Numbered from the stretch's first letter, positions 1-10,199 are shown. The stretch: DNA of 64,000 nt from Candidatus Moraniibacteriota bacterium (GCA_016699385.1 CP064974.1:1018617-1082616), one strand, 5' to 3'. Program-made: numbers and translations. Notes: a model not told the origin generated them from the sequence alone.

Positions 1-13
1 GAACTGGACAGCT

Positions 14-1363
14 TTGTTGGTTTTGTGGATTTTTTTGGACATATTGCTGTTTTTTTGGCGAGTATTTTCTTCGTGCTATACTCAAGCCATGGTATTGGCA
101 TCTTTTACGCGGATTGTTCCGCAATCAGTCAAGAATATCTATCATCTTTCTGTTGCCACCTTGGCGGGCGCTGTTTTTGGGTTTCCGGGGCGGAAGCTTC
201 GTATTATTGGTGTGACGGGGACGGATGGGAAGACGACAACCGTGCAATGTATCGCAGCTATTTTGCGGGAGTCTGGCAAACAGGTAGCACTTGCGTCGAC
301 AATCAATTTCCGTATCGGGGAGCGTGAGTGGGTAAATTCGTCTAAGTTTACCACACTTTCTGGTTGGAAGGTGCAGAAATTTTTGCGTGAAGCGGTATCT
401 GCCGGATGCGAATATGCTGTCCTCGAAGTATCGTCTCACGCTCTTGATCAGGGACGAGTGTGTGGTGTCCCATTTGAAGTGGCGGTTATTACCAATATAA
501 CGCGGGAACATCTTGATTATCATGGAACGATGAAGGAATATCGCCGGGCAAAACGGCGACTTTTTAATCGTGCAAAAATCGGTGTCGTGAATCTGGACAT
601 GGACGACTCGGCGGAATTTCTCGAAACGCCGCCCCTGAAGCACGTGACGTATAGTCGTGTGGATGCTTCTGCGGATGTGCTGGCGGAGAATATAGTCTCG
701 ACACTTGAGGGGTCAACATTTCGTGTTGGTGAGATGGATTTTCACCTCATGCTTCCAGGCTTGTTTAATGTCGAAAATGCACTTGCAGCTCTTGCTGCAA
801 CGGTATCTTGTGGTATCCCTTATCATGTTGCGGCTCGCGCATTGTCTGGAGTGCGGGGTGTGCCGGGTCGCATGGAGCGTGTGGACAACGAGCGTGGGAT
901 TACGCTCCTCATCGACTATGCTGTGACACCAAATGCACTGGAAAATCTCTATCGACTCATTTCGAATATGAGATCGTCATCGGCGACAAGGATTATTGCG
1001 GTTTTTGGTGCTTGTGGTGATCGTGATCGAGGGAAGCGTCCTATTATGGGTGAAATTGTTTCATCATATGCTGATATTGTTATCCTTACCAACGAAGATC
1101 CCTATACGGAAGATCCCAAGCGGATTATTAATGAAATACAAGCAGGCATTGCAAATAAGACACTTGAAGAAAATCTCTTTATCATAATGGAGAGACAAAA
1201 AGCCATCGCGAAAGCGATTGAGCTCGCGATGCCTGGTGATGTCATTGCGGTAACTGGAAAAGGTGCCGAAGAAACAATGGCGATTGGTAGTCGTCGCATT
1301 CCCTGGAATGACAAGCGGGTGATTGGAGAAATCCTGCGAGAAATGAGTAATAATGTAGAGTGA
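14..1363 (+). CDS. murE: Mur ligase, UDP-N-acetylmuramoyl-tripeptide synthetase (MurE-like); true start probably an internal Met (~89)
   Basis: 449-aa ORF with P-loop 'GVTGTDGKTTT', Mur ligase central and C-terminal domains; upstream part of ORF lies at window edge. Confidence 0.75.
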   Translation: MLVLWIFLDILLFFWRVFSSCYTQAMVLASFTRIVPQSVKNIYHLSVATLAGAVFGFPGRKLRIIGVTGTDGKTTTVQCIAAILRESGKQVALASTINFRIGEREWVNSSKFTTLSGWKVQKFLREAVSAGCEYAVLEVSSHALDQGRVCGVPFEVAVITNITREHLDYHGTMKEYRRAKRRLFNRAKIGVVNLDMDDSAEFLETPPLKHVTYSRVDASADVLAENIVSTLEGSTFRVGEMDFHLMLPGLFNVENALAALAATVSCGIPYHVAARALSGVRGVPGRMERVDNERGITLLIDYAVTPNALENLYRLISNMRSSSATRIIAVFGACGDRDRGKRPIMGEIVSSYADIVILTNEDPYTEDPKRIINEIQAGIANKTLEENLFIIMERQKAIAKAIELAMPGDVIAVTGKGAEETMAIGSRRIPWNDKRVIGEILREMSNNVE

Positions 1364-1422
1364 ACAGTTTTTGTTGGACTAAAGCTGAAATTGAAACAAG
1401 AGTGCGTGCTTTGCACCTCTCT

Positions 1423-2607
1423 TTATTTGTATCGGAGAGCATCCAATGGATCGATGCGACTTGCTTGTCTGGCAGGAAAGACTCCCGTGAAGAGTCCGAC
1501 GACAGAGCCGAAAGCGATGACGACGAGGATAAACCACAGAGGTGTCGAGAAAAGACTGACACTCGTGCCACCGAAACGAGTGGCGACGAAATTGAGGAGA
1601 GAATTGCAGATTTTGCCGCCAAGCCACCCAAGGAGAACGCCGACCAAACTTCCGAGAAAACCCATGAGGGTCGCTTCAACGATGAACATGAGCGAGATAC
1701 TCGATTTTGAGGCGCCGATTGATCGCATGATACCGATTTCCTCGGTTCGCTCAAGGAGTGCGATGGTCATGGTATTGAACATGCCGATTGCCGAGACGAA
1801 GAGTGCGACCAATCCAAACGCCATCAAAATAATCTGAATGGCTCCAAATACTTTGTTCGCTTGACTGATAGTGTCGGATATAGATGAAACAGAAAAGCCG
1901 AGTGCGAGTATTTTGTCTCGGATAGATGTAGTTTGCTCTGCAGTCTCAGCCTTTACTTTGAGCGCTTGGAATCGTCCGGTATTGGCGGCAGGAAAATCGT
2001 CGAGAGAAAAATAGGCGACATTTTCTTCGCTTTCGACGACACCGACAATGTGGAATGTTTCAGGACCGGCTGTGGTCGTTTTTCCAACCTCTCCTTCAAG
2101 TGGCAGGAACAGTGTTAATGTGAAATCCTTTCCAATCATTTCTTCTGGCGATTTCCCAAATGTTTTGGCGATACCGGAGGTGATGACGATAGCTTTTGGT
2201 TCAGTCGAAATGAGGCTTCCAGAAAGAGTTTTGATATTTTCCAAACGGAGAAAAGTTGCTGAGGAGCCGAGGGTATCGAGGTCGAGGGTGATATCGCCAA
2301 ACTTCCCCTGACCACGAACTCGGACAGCTGGAATGGTTGCGGCGACGCCAGGGAGATTGCGAAGAGTATCTATGGACTCTTGATTGATTATTGCGCCTTT
2401 TGCTTGGTCCTCGGCGATGTCGAGTGTTGCAAGGGCATCGGATGTCGTGATGCGTTGGAGGAGTGTTTCTTGGAGACCATAACCGAGCGACACTAGGAAG
2501 AGAATCGCGGCAATACCAATCGACATACCGAGAATAGTAAGGAGTGTCCGCATCGTGCGTGCGCGGAACATTCGGAGTGAGAGTTTGAGGATGTCAGAGA
2601 AGTGCAT
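1423..2607 (-). CDS. ABC transporter permease, FtsX/MacB/LolE family
   Basis: 394 aa; N-terminal TM, large periplasmic MacB_PCD-like domain, C-terminal FtsX 4-TM bundle ('ERTEEIGIMRSIGASK'). Confidence 0.8.
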   Translation of the reverse strand: MHFSDILKLSLRMFRARTMRTLLTILGMSIGIAAILFLVSLGYGLQETLLQRITTSDALATLDIAEDQAKGAIINQESIDTLRNLPGVAATIPAVRVRGQGKFGDITLDLDTLGSSATFLRLENIKTLSGSLISTEPKAIVITSGIAKTFGKSPEEMIGKDFTLTLFLPLEGEVGKTTTAGPETFHIVGVVESEENVAYFSLDDFPAANTGRFQALKVKAETAEQTTSIRDKILALGFSVSSISDTISQANKVFGAIQIILMAFGLVALFVSAIGMFNTMTIALLERTEEIGIMRSIGASKSSISLMFIVEATLMGFLGSLVGVLLGWLGGKICNSLLNFVATRFGGTSVSLFSTPLWFILVVIAFGSVVGLFTGVFPARQASRIDPLDALRYK

Positions 2608-2663
2608 ATGGAGGAAAAGAGAATTTCAAATTTCGGAATCTCGTGATAAATGCGCTCTGAGAA

Positions 2664-2736
2664 CTTGTTAGTGAAGTTTGTTTTTTCTGAAAAACAGCGC
2701 AGGTAATATACCTGTTTGATACTTCTTTAACGAGCT
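2664..2736. repeat. ~70-nt intergenic repeat (copy A) with TIRs and internal palindrome
   Basis: 'ACTTGTTAGTGAAG-TTTGTTTTTTCTGAAAAACAGCG...TTGATACTTCTTTAACGAG'. Confidence 0.55.
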
Positions 2737-2737
2737 C

Positions 2738-4045
2738 TTAGGAATATTTGAGGAGCATAATAATCTCGACTTCTCGAACAACGCGATCGGCAGTATTGCT
2801 GTAGAGTCCGACGCCGCCGAGCGTTTTCGGCGCGTCGAGGCGTTTTTCGAGCTCGGCACGATTGATGCGATTGTCGATGCGGAGTTTGAGTGCGGCGCGG
2901 AATCGGTCGAGGGCGACGCCAGAGAGCTTGATTTTGAATTGCTCGCTCAGATATTCAGCAAGCGCGGTATGTGCTCTGTCGGGATTGTCGGATACGGACT
3001 TCGACTGCATGACGAGTGTCTCAATTCGATCGGAGAAGTTTCGTGCTTGTTTTTTGTTCCAGCCACCGCCACCCTTCTCTGGATCCAGGTCGAGCTTATT
3101 GGAAAATTGCTCCCGGTCGATATTGTTGAATAGGTATTCTTTGAGGAAGCTTTCTGCTGATGCAAGTTGTTCTTCGGTGAGGTTGGAGAGAACATGAGCG
3201 AGGAGTTGTTTTGCCTTGAAGGGGATGAGGAGCACGTTCATTTGCTGAGAAGAGAGGCTTCGGAATGATCCCATGAGCATCTTAAGTTCTGGTGGAAGAT
3301 TATCCTCAACCACTTCTTGTTCGGGTTTTTTCACTTCGATTTTTCGTTTGTCTTTTTGTATGACTTCCTTTTCAATGCGTCCATCCTTCATGTAGATGAC
3401 ACGGTCGGCATAAGGGAGATGCTCGGCATTGTGCGTCACCATGATGATGGTTTTCTTGTCGATATCATTGAGTTCTTTGAGAATTTCGAGCACATTTTGT
3501 GCAGACTCGCTATCGAGGTTGCCGACAGGTTCGTCCGCGAGGATAATCTCTGGATTATTGACGAGAGATCTCGCAATGGCGACGCGTTGTTTTTGTCCAC
3601 CAGAAAGTTGGCTTGGGAACTTGTCCATCTGTTCGGCGATGCCGAAACGCCGAAGAAGTTTGATGCCGTCTTTGCGACGACTTGCGACATTTTCGCCGCG
3701 AAATGTTTTTGGGAGACAGACATTTTCAACAATATTGAGCGAGGGGATGAGGTAGAATGCCTGAAAAACCATCCCAATCCACATTTGGTGGAATTCGAGT
3801 TCTTCGCGCACGGTCATTTTCGAAAGAGGTTTTTGCTTGACGATGACGTCGCCATACGTTGGCTTCTGCAGTCCAGATATGGAATACAAAAGCGTTGACT
3901 TTCCGCATCCGGAAGGTCCGTAGATAATGATGTATTCCTCTGGATAAATTTCCAGGTTGGTTTCTTCGAGTGCGCGGACTTCGTTTGATTTTCCCTGATT
4001 GTAAATCACGCGAAGGCGATTGATAGCAATGATTGGTTCCGACAT
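2738..4045 (-). CDS. ABC transporter ATP-binding protein (MacB/LolD-like) with ~200-aa C-terminal extension of unknown function
   Basis: Walker A 'GPSGCGKST', signature 'LSGGQKQRVAIARSL', Walker B 'ILADEP'; 435 aa, C-terminal half has no recognisable motif. Confidence 0.8.
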   Translation of the reverse strand: MSEPIIAINRLRVIYNQGKSNEVRALEETNLEIYPEEYIIIYGPSGCGKSTLLYSISGLQKPTYGDVIVKQKPLSKMTVREELEFHQMWIGMVFQAFYLIPSLNIVENVCLPKTFRGENVASRRKDGIKLLRRFGIAEQMDKFPSQLSGGQKQRVAIARSLVNNPEIILADEPVGNLDSESAQNVLEILKELNDIDKKTIIMVTHNAEHLPYADRVIYMKDGRIEKEVIQKDKRKIEVKKPEQEVVEDNLPPELKMLMGSFRSLSSQQMNVLLIPFKAKQLLAHVLSNLTEEQLASAESFLKEYLFNNIDREQFSNKLDLDPEKGGGGWNKKQARNFSDRIETLVMQSKSVSDNPDRAHTALAEYLSEQFKIKLSGVALDRFRAALKLRIDNRINRAELEKRLDAPKTLGGVGLYSNTADRVVREVEIIMLLKYS

Positions 4046-4207
4046 AGAAAGGGCGCGAATTGCAAATACGGCATCTCTTTGTGTATTATACCATTCTTTG
4101 ATTTTTCACACGCGTGGTATACTGAAAACAATATTTTTCAAAGAGGTGTGCAGAGTGTCGCTGGAGGGTTTTTGTTGCGTGCGCTCTTTGTGCAATGAGA
4201 TGAGAGT

Positions 4208-4744
4208 ATGAGAATAAAAAGAAAAGATGTCAGTGTCCTGATTGTTGATGATGATCAATCGACACGAGAAGTGTATCGCGACCTCTTGAAACTCGCAGGG
4301 TTTTCCATTATCGAATCTCCTAATGGGAAAGATGCGCTTGCGAAATTCAAGAAGCATCTTCCACAGGTAGTCTTTACTGGCATTGATCTTCCGGAATCGG
4401 ATGGTTTTTCGCTTATCACAAATATTCGCGCGAGCGATCTCTCGCAGCCATTTTTCATCGTAAATAGTCACAATGATCGCCAGATTGATCGTGCCAAGGC
4501 GGTTGAATTTAATGTTGATGGATTTTTTGTGCGCGGTTTCTCGGCGCCGAAGAATGTGATTGATTTGATTATGGCACTTACAAAGAATCGAAGCGTGCAT
4601 CATTCCTGGGGGGCTGACCCGATATTTTGGGATCGGTCTCGTTTCGAGGGTGTTACGGAGAAATATGGTATGAAATTGTTTCTCATTTCGGCTATTGCTA
4701 TATTTTCAGCGCTTCTTATTGCGCTTTTTGTGCGCAGCAGGTAG
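4208..4744 (+). CDS. single-domain response regulator (CheY-like receiver) with C-terminal transmembrane helix
   Basis: 'VLIVDDDQSTREV' acidic pocket, 'FTGIDLPESDG' phospho-Asp region; hydrophobic C-terminal 'LFLISAIAIFSALLIALFV'. Confidence 0.6.
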   Translation: MRIKRKDVSVLIVDDDQSTREVYRDLLKLAGFSIIESPNGKDALAKFKKHLPQVVFTGIDLPESDGFSLITNIRASDLSQPFFIVNSHNDRQIDRAKAVEFNVDGFFVRGFSAPKNVIDLIMALTKNRSVHHSWGADPIFWDRSRFEGVTEKYGMKLFLISAIAIFSALLIALFVRSR

Positions 4745-4840
4745 ATTTGGCGGGGTATTTTGCAAAGGGTGTATGCCCTTTTTCTTTTTTCAGGTATACT
4801 GATGAACTTGATGAGAGAGTTGTTCTGTTGAGCTGTATTT

Positions 4841-6115
4841 TTGAAATGTATGAGATGGAGAATAAAATTTCGGCACTTTGCTATCGCGGTTTCCCTTATT
4901 GCATGGCCTCTCGTTGGGATGTTTTCGGCGGTCAGTATCGCACATGCCGATGACCCCTTAGTTATCGAAGTCCTTGAGCGCTCTGATTGTGCGCATTGTC
5001 AAGAAGAAAAGAATTTTCTCTCCAATCTCGCTGCGCACCGAGATGATTTCTCGGTGAAACTCTTTGATATAGATGGCGAGGGGAAAGATCTCTTCAATCG
5101 AATTACCGCTCTAGAGAGACTTCCAAAGGCAACGCCAGTCACTATTGTCGGTGGGACAATCTTGCAGGGATTCGACACAGCTGAGACAACGGGGCGTCGT
5201 ATCGAAGCGCTTCTTGATGCAAGTAAGGGGAAAGAGCAAATCACTTTTGAGCAATACCTCGTGGCAGACAGAGATCATCGCGCTTCGAAAGCGGAGCAGG
5301 TGGTGGGAGGTTCATGCGCGGATGGGACGACCTGCGCATTGCCCAATACTGAGTCGTATCTCGTTTCCATTCCATTTGTCGGAAAGACGGTGGATATTTC
5401 GCAATTTTCTCTCCCCACGCTCTCGGTGGTACTCGGATTCGTCGATGGATTCAACCCGTGCGCTATGTGGGTCCTTGTGACATTTCTCATCTTGCTTGCA
5501 CAGACAGGATCGCGGAAGAAACTCTTGCAGGTTGCCGGACTCTTCATTGTGGCGGAGACGGTCATGTACTATCTCATTTTGAATGTGTGGTTTACGACGT
5601 GGAATTTCATCGGGCTCGATCGTATCGTGACGCCGATTGTGGGTATTGTCGCCACGGGTGGCGGCGTATTTTTTCTCTATGAATGGTACAAATCGCTTGG
5701 TACGAAGATGGCGTGTCAGATTGTTGATGCTGAGAATCGCTCAAAGATTGTTCAGAAAATCAAGGCATTTATTACGGGAGACTTTACCGTTCTTGCAGCA
5801 CTTGGTATCATCGGACTTGCCTTCACAGTGAATATCATCGAATTCGCCTGCTCAATCGGTATTCCCCAGGCGTTTACCAAAATCATCGAGCTCAATCACT
5901 TGGGATTTTGGCAGACACAGTCGCTCATGGCGATATATATCTTCTTTTACATGATTGATGATTTGTTGGTGTTTGGACTGGCGATTTGGGGATTTGAGAA
6001 GATGCATCTGACAGAGAAATATTCACAGTGGTCGGCGTTCATTGGTGGTGTACTGATGCTTGTACTCGGGTATTTGCTTATGTTTCGTCCGGACATCATC
6101 AGTCGGCTTGGCTAA
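4841..6115 (+). CDS. thioredoxin/glutaredoxin-fold domain (CxxC) fused to multi-pass membrane domain with conserved Cys pair (CcdA/DsbD_2-like thiol-disulfide transporter?)
   Basis: Signal peptide, 'CAHC' redox motif plus 'TIVGGTILQGFD' glutaredoxin-like; 6 predicted TM helices with 'FNPCAMW' and 'EFACSIG' cysteines. Confidence 0.5.
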   Translation: MKCMRWRIKFRHFAIAVSLIAWPLVGMFSAVSIAHADDPLVIEVLERSDCAHCQEEKNFLSNLAAHRDDFSVKLFDIDGEGKDLFNRITALERLPKATPVTIVGGTILQGFDTAETTGRRIEALLDASKGKEQITFEQYLVADRDHRASKAEQVVGGSCADGTTCALPNTESYLVSIPFVGKTVDISQFSLPTLSVVLGFVDGFNPCAMWVLVTFLILLAQTGSRKKLLQVAGLFIVAETVMYYLILNVWFTTWNFIGLDRIVTPIVGIVATGGGVFFLYEWYKSLGTKMACQIVDAENRSKIVQKIKAFITGDFTVLAALGIIGLAFTVNIIEFACSIGIPQAFTKIIELNHLGFWQTQSLMAIYIFFYMIDDLLVFGLAIWGFEKMHLTEKYSQWSAFIGGVLMLVLGYLLMFRPDIISRLG

Positions 6116-6247
6116 GGTTGGAAAGAAATCGCATATGTGAGATACTGCATGAATATCGTGATACTTTCTTGCACGGTGTGGATTTGAAAACGAAGCTCCC
6201 ATTTTGGCAGGAAGAAAAGAAAATAATAAATACTTAAAATTTTTCTT

Positions 6248-7090
6248 ATGGAAAAAGAACAGCAGGAAACGCCGATTCGGCGTCGACGGTCAGAGGGGTC
6301 ACTCGTTGCCTCGAGTATGTGGGGCGCAGGGATACTGGTTTCGATTGCGATTGTTGCGGGTTCGACCGCGATAACATTTGCCATTCTCAAGTCGAGTCTT
6401 TTTACCTCGCTTGATGCGGCGCAGAGTGGTACGGTGACGGCGCCGACTGCGGGAAATCAAGGATCTCAACCGGCAGCAAATGCGCCAGCACCAGCGCCAA
6501 CACCAGCTGCGAAGACGGTAGCAACTGCTTCAATGGGGACATCTCCAGTACTCGGGAATCCGAAAACGGCGAAAGTGGCAATCGTTGAATGGACTGACCT
6601 CGAATGCCCGTTTTGCAAGCAGTTCCATGAGCAAACATTTGATTCTATTGTGAAGGACTATGTGGATACGGGAAAAATACTTTTCGTTGTCCGGAATTAT
6701 CCTTTGGATTTCCATGGCGATGCATCGATTAAAGAAGCGAATGCAGCACTCTGCGTACGCGAAGCTGCTGGAGACAAAGCATACTTTTCCTTTGTGAATG
6801 ATGTCTATACGACGACAGGGACGAATGGCAAGGGTATGCCAGATGAAACATTGGCGAATCTTGCGACAAAAGCAGGTGGGAAGTCGCTTGCGTCGTGTAT
6901 GGACAGCCGGAAATTTAAGAGCGTGATTGATGCTGATTTGCAAGAAGGGACAACTTCGGGTATATCTGGCACACCAGGCTTTGTTATAGGGAAAATTGGC
7001 AGTAATGGCTCGGTCGAAGGCGAGCTTATCTCCGGCGCGATGCCGTACGCAGAATTCAAAAAGGCAATTGATACCGCATTGGGTGCGTAG
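6248..7090 (+). CDS. DsbA-family thiol:disulfide oxidoreductase (membrane-anchored, Ala/Pro linker)
   Basis: N-terminal TM, 'APAPTPAAKT' linker, 'WTDLECPFCKQFH' CPFC active site typical of DsbA/BdbD. Confidence 0.75.
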   Translation: MEKEQQETPIRRRRSEGSLVASSMWGAGILVSIAIVAGSTAITFAILKSSLFTSLDAAQSGTVTAPTAGNQGSQPAANAPAPAPTPAAKTVATASMGTSPVLGNPKTAKVAIVEWTDLECPFCKQFHEQTFDSIVKDYVDTGKILFVVRNYPLDFHGDASIKEANAALCVREAAGDKAYFSFVNDVYTTTGTNGKGMPDETLANLATKAGGKSLASCMDSRKFKSVIDADLQEGTTSGISGTPGFVIGKIGSNGSVEGELISGAMPYAEFKKAIDTALGA

Positions 7091-7119
7091 AGCCTGGTAA
7101 ATCAATGTCTCTTGGCGTC

Positions 7120-7186
7120 TATTGAGAAAGGCTATTTTTCTGAAAAACAGTGCGGAGGTTTTCCTTGTCGACACTTCTTTAGCAGA
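7120..7186. repeat. ~70-nt intergenic repeat (copy B)
   Basis: 'CTATTGAGAAAGG-CTATTTTTCTGAAAAACAGTG...TTGTCGACACTTCTTTAGCAGAG'. Confidence 0.5.
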
Positions 7187-7194
7187 GTCTTACT

Positions 7195-8481
7195 GTGTTT
7201 ATGCTGCCGTTTGATGTGACTGATGAGGAAGGAAGAGATGAGCCACTCGCTGTCGGAGCTTTTCTCGATGTCTTGAACGAAAGTTTTGTCGGCATGCGCC
7301 TCTCTCTTCGAGGCGAGGTGTCTGGTGTTGAAGATCGACGGAATGTCATCTACTTTTCTCTCAAGGACGCTGATGGAGAAGCTATGTTGTCGTGCCTCAT
7401 ATTTCGAAATGATTTCTTGCTTCATGGCGTCACTCTCGAAGAAGGGCAGGAAATAATCGTTGAGGGCGTGCCAAATATTTGGAAGCCGAGAGGGCGACTG
7501 TCTTTTCGTGTGTCTGTGATGCGACTTGCCGGCATGGGCGCGCTCAAACGAGCGTATGACGAACTTCGGCTGAAACTTGAGCGTGAAGGCATATTTTTGC
7601 CCGAGAAGAAGCGTGCGATTCCGCCGTTCCCGCGAAGAGTGGCGCTCATCACTTCTCGTGAAGGGGCGGCTATTGGTGATTTCGCTGCCAATCTTGGGCG
7701 GTATGGGTTTTCGATTACCTTGTTTGATGCACATGTCGAGGGAAAGCGATCTGTTGGCGATATACTCGAAGGCATAGCTTTTTTCAATCAACATCCGGAA
7801 GACTGGGATGTGCTCGTTATTATTCGCGGCGGCGGGAGCCTCGAGAGCCTCGAGGCTTTCAATAGTGAACGTGTAGTTCGTGCTATTGCAGAGTCAGTTA
7901 TTCCGACGCTTGCCGGTATCGGGCATGAAAAAGACGTATCGCTTGCAGCACTTGCGGCGGATGTCATGGTTTCGACGCCGACAGCAACTGCCAAAGCGCT
8001 GAGTGTGTCTGAGGAAGAAGCGAGGGAGAAACTTGCTCTCTTTGCGCGAAGTATACTTGAGAATTTTCAAGGTGGAATATTTGATGTTGCGGAGCGGATT
8101 CGAGAGTACTCGAATACTCTGCGTCGGGCGAGTGAACGCGTGGTGGCGCCAATCAGAGAGATTGATCGTGTTGGTATTCGTCTCTCGTCGACATTTTCCT
8201 CGTGGTGTGAAAGGGCGCGCACAGAGCAATTGCATATTTCACGTGCGCTTCTTCGGTTCGCTACTGTGTCGGCGATGCAGAAACGACTAGATGCTGTCGC
8301 TTCGCGGATTGAAATGGGGAATCCGAAGCATTTCTTGGAGCGCGGATATAGCGTGCTTCGGAAGAATGGTCGTGTTGTCAGAAATGTCTCAGATGTCGCT
8401 GTTGGAGAGGTGTTCGAGGCGCTTCTTGTTGACGGAAGCATCGAGGCAAATGTGACAGACATTCGACGCAACAAGAAATAA
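7195..8481 (+). CDS. xseA: exodeoxyribonuclease VII large subunit
   Basis: 428 aa, OB-fold N-terminus, 'GIGHEKDVSLAALAADVMVSTPTATAK' catalytic region; followed by xseB. Confidence 0.8.
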   Translation: MFMLPFDVTDEEGRDEPLAVGAFLDVLNESFVGMRLSLRGEVSGVEDRRNVIYFSLKDADGEAMLSCLIFRNDFLLHGVTLEEGQEIIVEGVPNIWKPRGRLSFRVSVMRLAGMGALKRAYDELRLKLEREGIFLPEKKRAIPPFPRRVALITSREGAAIGDFAANLGRYGFSITLFDAHVEGKRSVGDILEGIAFFNQHPEDWDVLVIIRGGGSLESLEAFNSERVVRAIAESVIPTLAGIGHEKDVSLAALAADVMVSTPTATAKALSVSEEEAREKLALFARSILENFQGGIFDVAERIREYSNTLRRASERVVAPIREIDRVGIRLSSTFSSWCERARTEQLHISRALLRFATVSAMQKRLDAVASRIEMGNPKHFLERGYSVLRKNGRVVRNVSDVAVGEVFEALLVDGSIEANVTDIRRNKK

Positions 8482-8533
8482 CGCTTGGAAAATGAAGTGA
8501 TGATGGGTATTTAATCAACTCAAAGGTATCTCT

Positions 8534-8737
8534 ATGAAAAAAACAGACGCAGTGTCTATAGATGAAACACTGAAGAAACTTGAGCAGATAGCAGTATGGT
8601 TTGAAACACAAAGCGAACCAAATCTTGAGGAGGGGTTGAAAAGAATTGAAGAAGCAGCGGTGCTTCTTGAGGCGAGTCGGAAGCGTCTCGGCGAGATAGA
8701 GAATCGATTCGACGAAGTAAAGAAAAAAATGGACTGA
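8534..8737 (+). CDS. xseB: exodeoxyribonuclease VII small subunit
   Basis: 67 aa helical protein 'LEEGLKRIEEAAVLLEASRKRLGEIENRF', immediately downstream of xseA. Confidence 0.8.
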   Translation: MKKTDAVSIDETLKKLEQIAVWFETQSEPNLEEGLKRIEEAAVLLEASRKRLGEIENRFDEVKKKMD

Positions 8738-8906
8738 GAATTTTTTGGAATTCATAGTTTTTGGTGGCGAGATATGGTATATTTTCAAGCAGAACACGGT
8801 AGGGAAATTTGCTAGAACTATTTCTTTTGCAATTCAGGTATTGAAATGGCATGTCCCCCCGCGTGTCTTCGAGGGATTTTTGTGGATGTAGAAGGAGAAT
8901 TGAAGA

Positions 8907-10199
8907 GTGTGTTGTCGTAGAAATATGGTGTCGCTTAACCGAGAATTTTTTGGAAGGCATCTTTCTGTGCGAAGAAGGTTTCTTTTTGCTGCGTTTCTGG
9001 TATTTTTTCTGAGTCTCACGGCGATATTTGCTGTGAAGAAAAGCACGGCTTTCTCCACGGATTCAGCAATTTCTTTCGAGGTGGCAGATGCTGGTCTTCG
9101 TCTCTATTTGGAGAAATACCAAGGCGCTTCTCAGGGTGCTTCTCTCGGAACTCTTGGAACGTGCTCAGGCGGTATATTTAGCGGAGACTATTTTACTATC
9201 GGGAAATACGAAGTGACATTCTATGGGAGTGGAGACCAAAAACTTGGATGTGGTAGCAAACTTGCCTCGGTGGTAGTGGTGCGGAGCATAAGTTTCTATC
9301 GTGGTATGTCTATGGTAGTCCAACGGCAGGTACGAGCAGATGATGGAAGTGTCCAGTCTCCAATGCCGACCCCTACACCGAATCCAATTCCTACCCCAAC
9401 GCCCACTCCTGTTCCAACTCCCACGCCTACTCCCACTCCACCATCATTGCGAGATGTTTCATACAAAGGTGGACTCTTGCTAGACGTCTATCCTGCTGCA
9501 AATGGAAATACCAATGCGCCAGTACTTCTCTTTCTCCATAGTGGCGGATGGTACAAGGGCGACAAAACGGATGATGCGGCTCGTTTGGGAGCGAGTCTTT
9601 CGGCGCTTGGCATAACAGTGATTGCTCCAAACTACACGCTTGTGCCTTCAGGGTATTATCCGACACCGCTTCTGGATACGGATTGCGCGCGTCGATGGAT
9701 TGTTGCCAATGCCTCGGCGTATGGTTTCGACGTGAATAGGATTTCTCTTGGTGGATATTCTTCCGGTGCACATATAGCGTTGCTCTATGGTCTTCGACCA
9801 TCCGCATATCAAGACACGTCGTGTCCATGGAGTGCTTCCTCACCATCTCTCAAGAACATTGTGGCACTTGCTGGTCCAACCAATCTCGCAACAATCACGG
9901 GTGATGTCCGCACAATGGCGAATAATTTTCTGAATGGCGCTTCAGCAGTTGAGGCGAGTCCGATTACGTATGCGGGTAATCGAAATTCCTCTCGCTTCCT
10001 TCTTTTGCAGACACAGGATGATGAACTTGTTTCTTTTGGTGGGCAGGCAGAGCCGTTTTACAGTGCTCTCCTTGCTTCGAATCCATCAACGGTGCAAGCA
10101 AAATGGTATGCAAGTGGCGGACATCTTTTTGCTTACTCCGTAGGGACGGCGACCTATCGTGATGTAGTAAATAGAATTCAAGCATTTCTCGCGCCGTGA
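8907..10199 (+). CDS. membrane-anchored/secreted alpha/beta-hydrolase (esterase/lipase) with N-terminal pilin-like module and Pro/Thr linker
   Basis: N-terminal TM; ~130-aa module homologous to N-terminus of next gene; 'PTPTPNPIPTPTPTPVPTPTPTP' linker; 'HSGGW' oxyanion motif and 'GGYSSGAH' GxSxG nucleophile elbow. Confidence 0.65.
   Translation: MCCRRNMVSLNREFFGRHLSVRRRFLFAAFLVFFLSLTAIFAVKKSTAFSTDSAISFEVADAGLRLYLEKYQGASQGASLGTLGTCSGGIFSGDYFTIGKYEVTFYGSGDQKLGCGSKLASVVVVRSISFYRGMSMVVQRQVRADDGSVQSPMPTPTPNPIPTPTPTPVPTPTPTPTPPSLRDVSYKGGLLLDVYPAANGNTNAPVLLFLHSGGWYKGDKTDDAARLGASLSALGITVIAPNYTLVPSGYYPTPLLDTDCARRWIVANASAYGFDVNRISLGGYSSGAHIALLYGLRPSAYQDTSCPWSASSPSLKNIVALAGPTNLATITGDVRTMANNFLNGASAVEASPITYAGNRNSSRFLLLQTQDDELVSFGGQAEPFYSALLASNPSTVQAKWYASGGHLFAYSVGTATYRDVVNRIQAFLAP

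Noticed and set aside
125-643. 172-aa minus-strand ORF inside murE
   Set aside because: Overlaps the strongly supported Mur ligase frame; Arg/Cys-rich antisense artefact.
6530-7174. 214-aa minus-strand ORF
   Set aside because: Antisense to the DsbA-like gene whose CPFC motif is clear.
9355-9445. Repetitive CCNACN DNA (Pro-Thr linker) in esterase gene
   Set aside because: Low-complexity coding repeat, not a CRISPR or tandem regulatory repeat.
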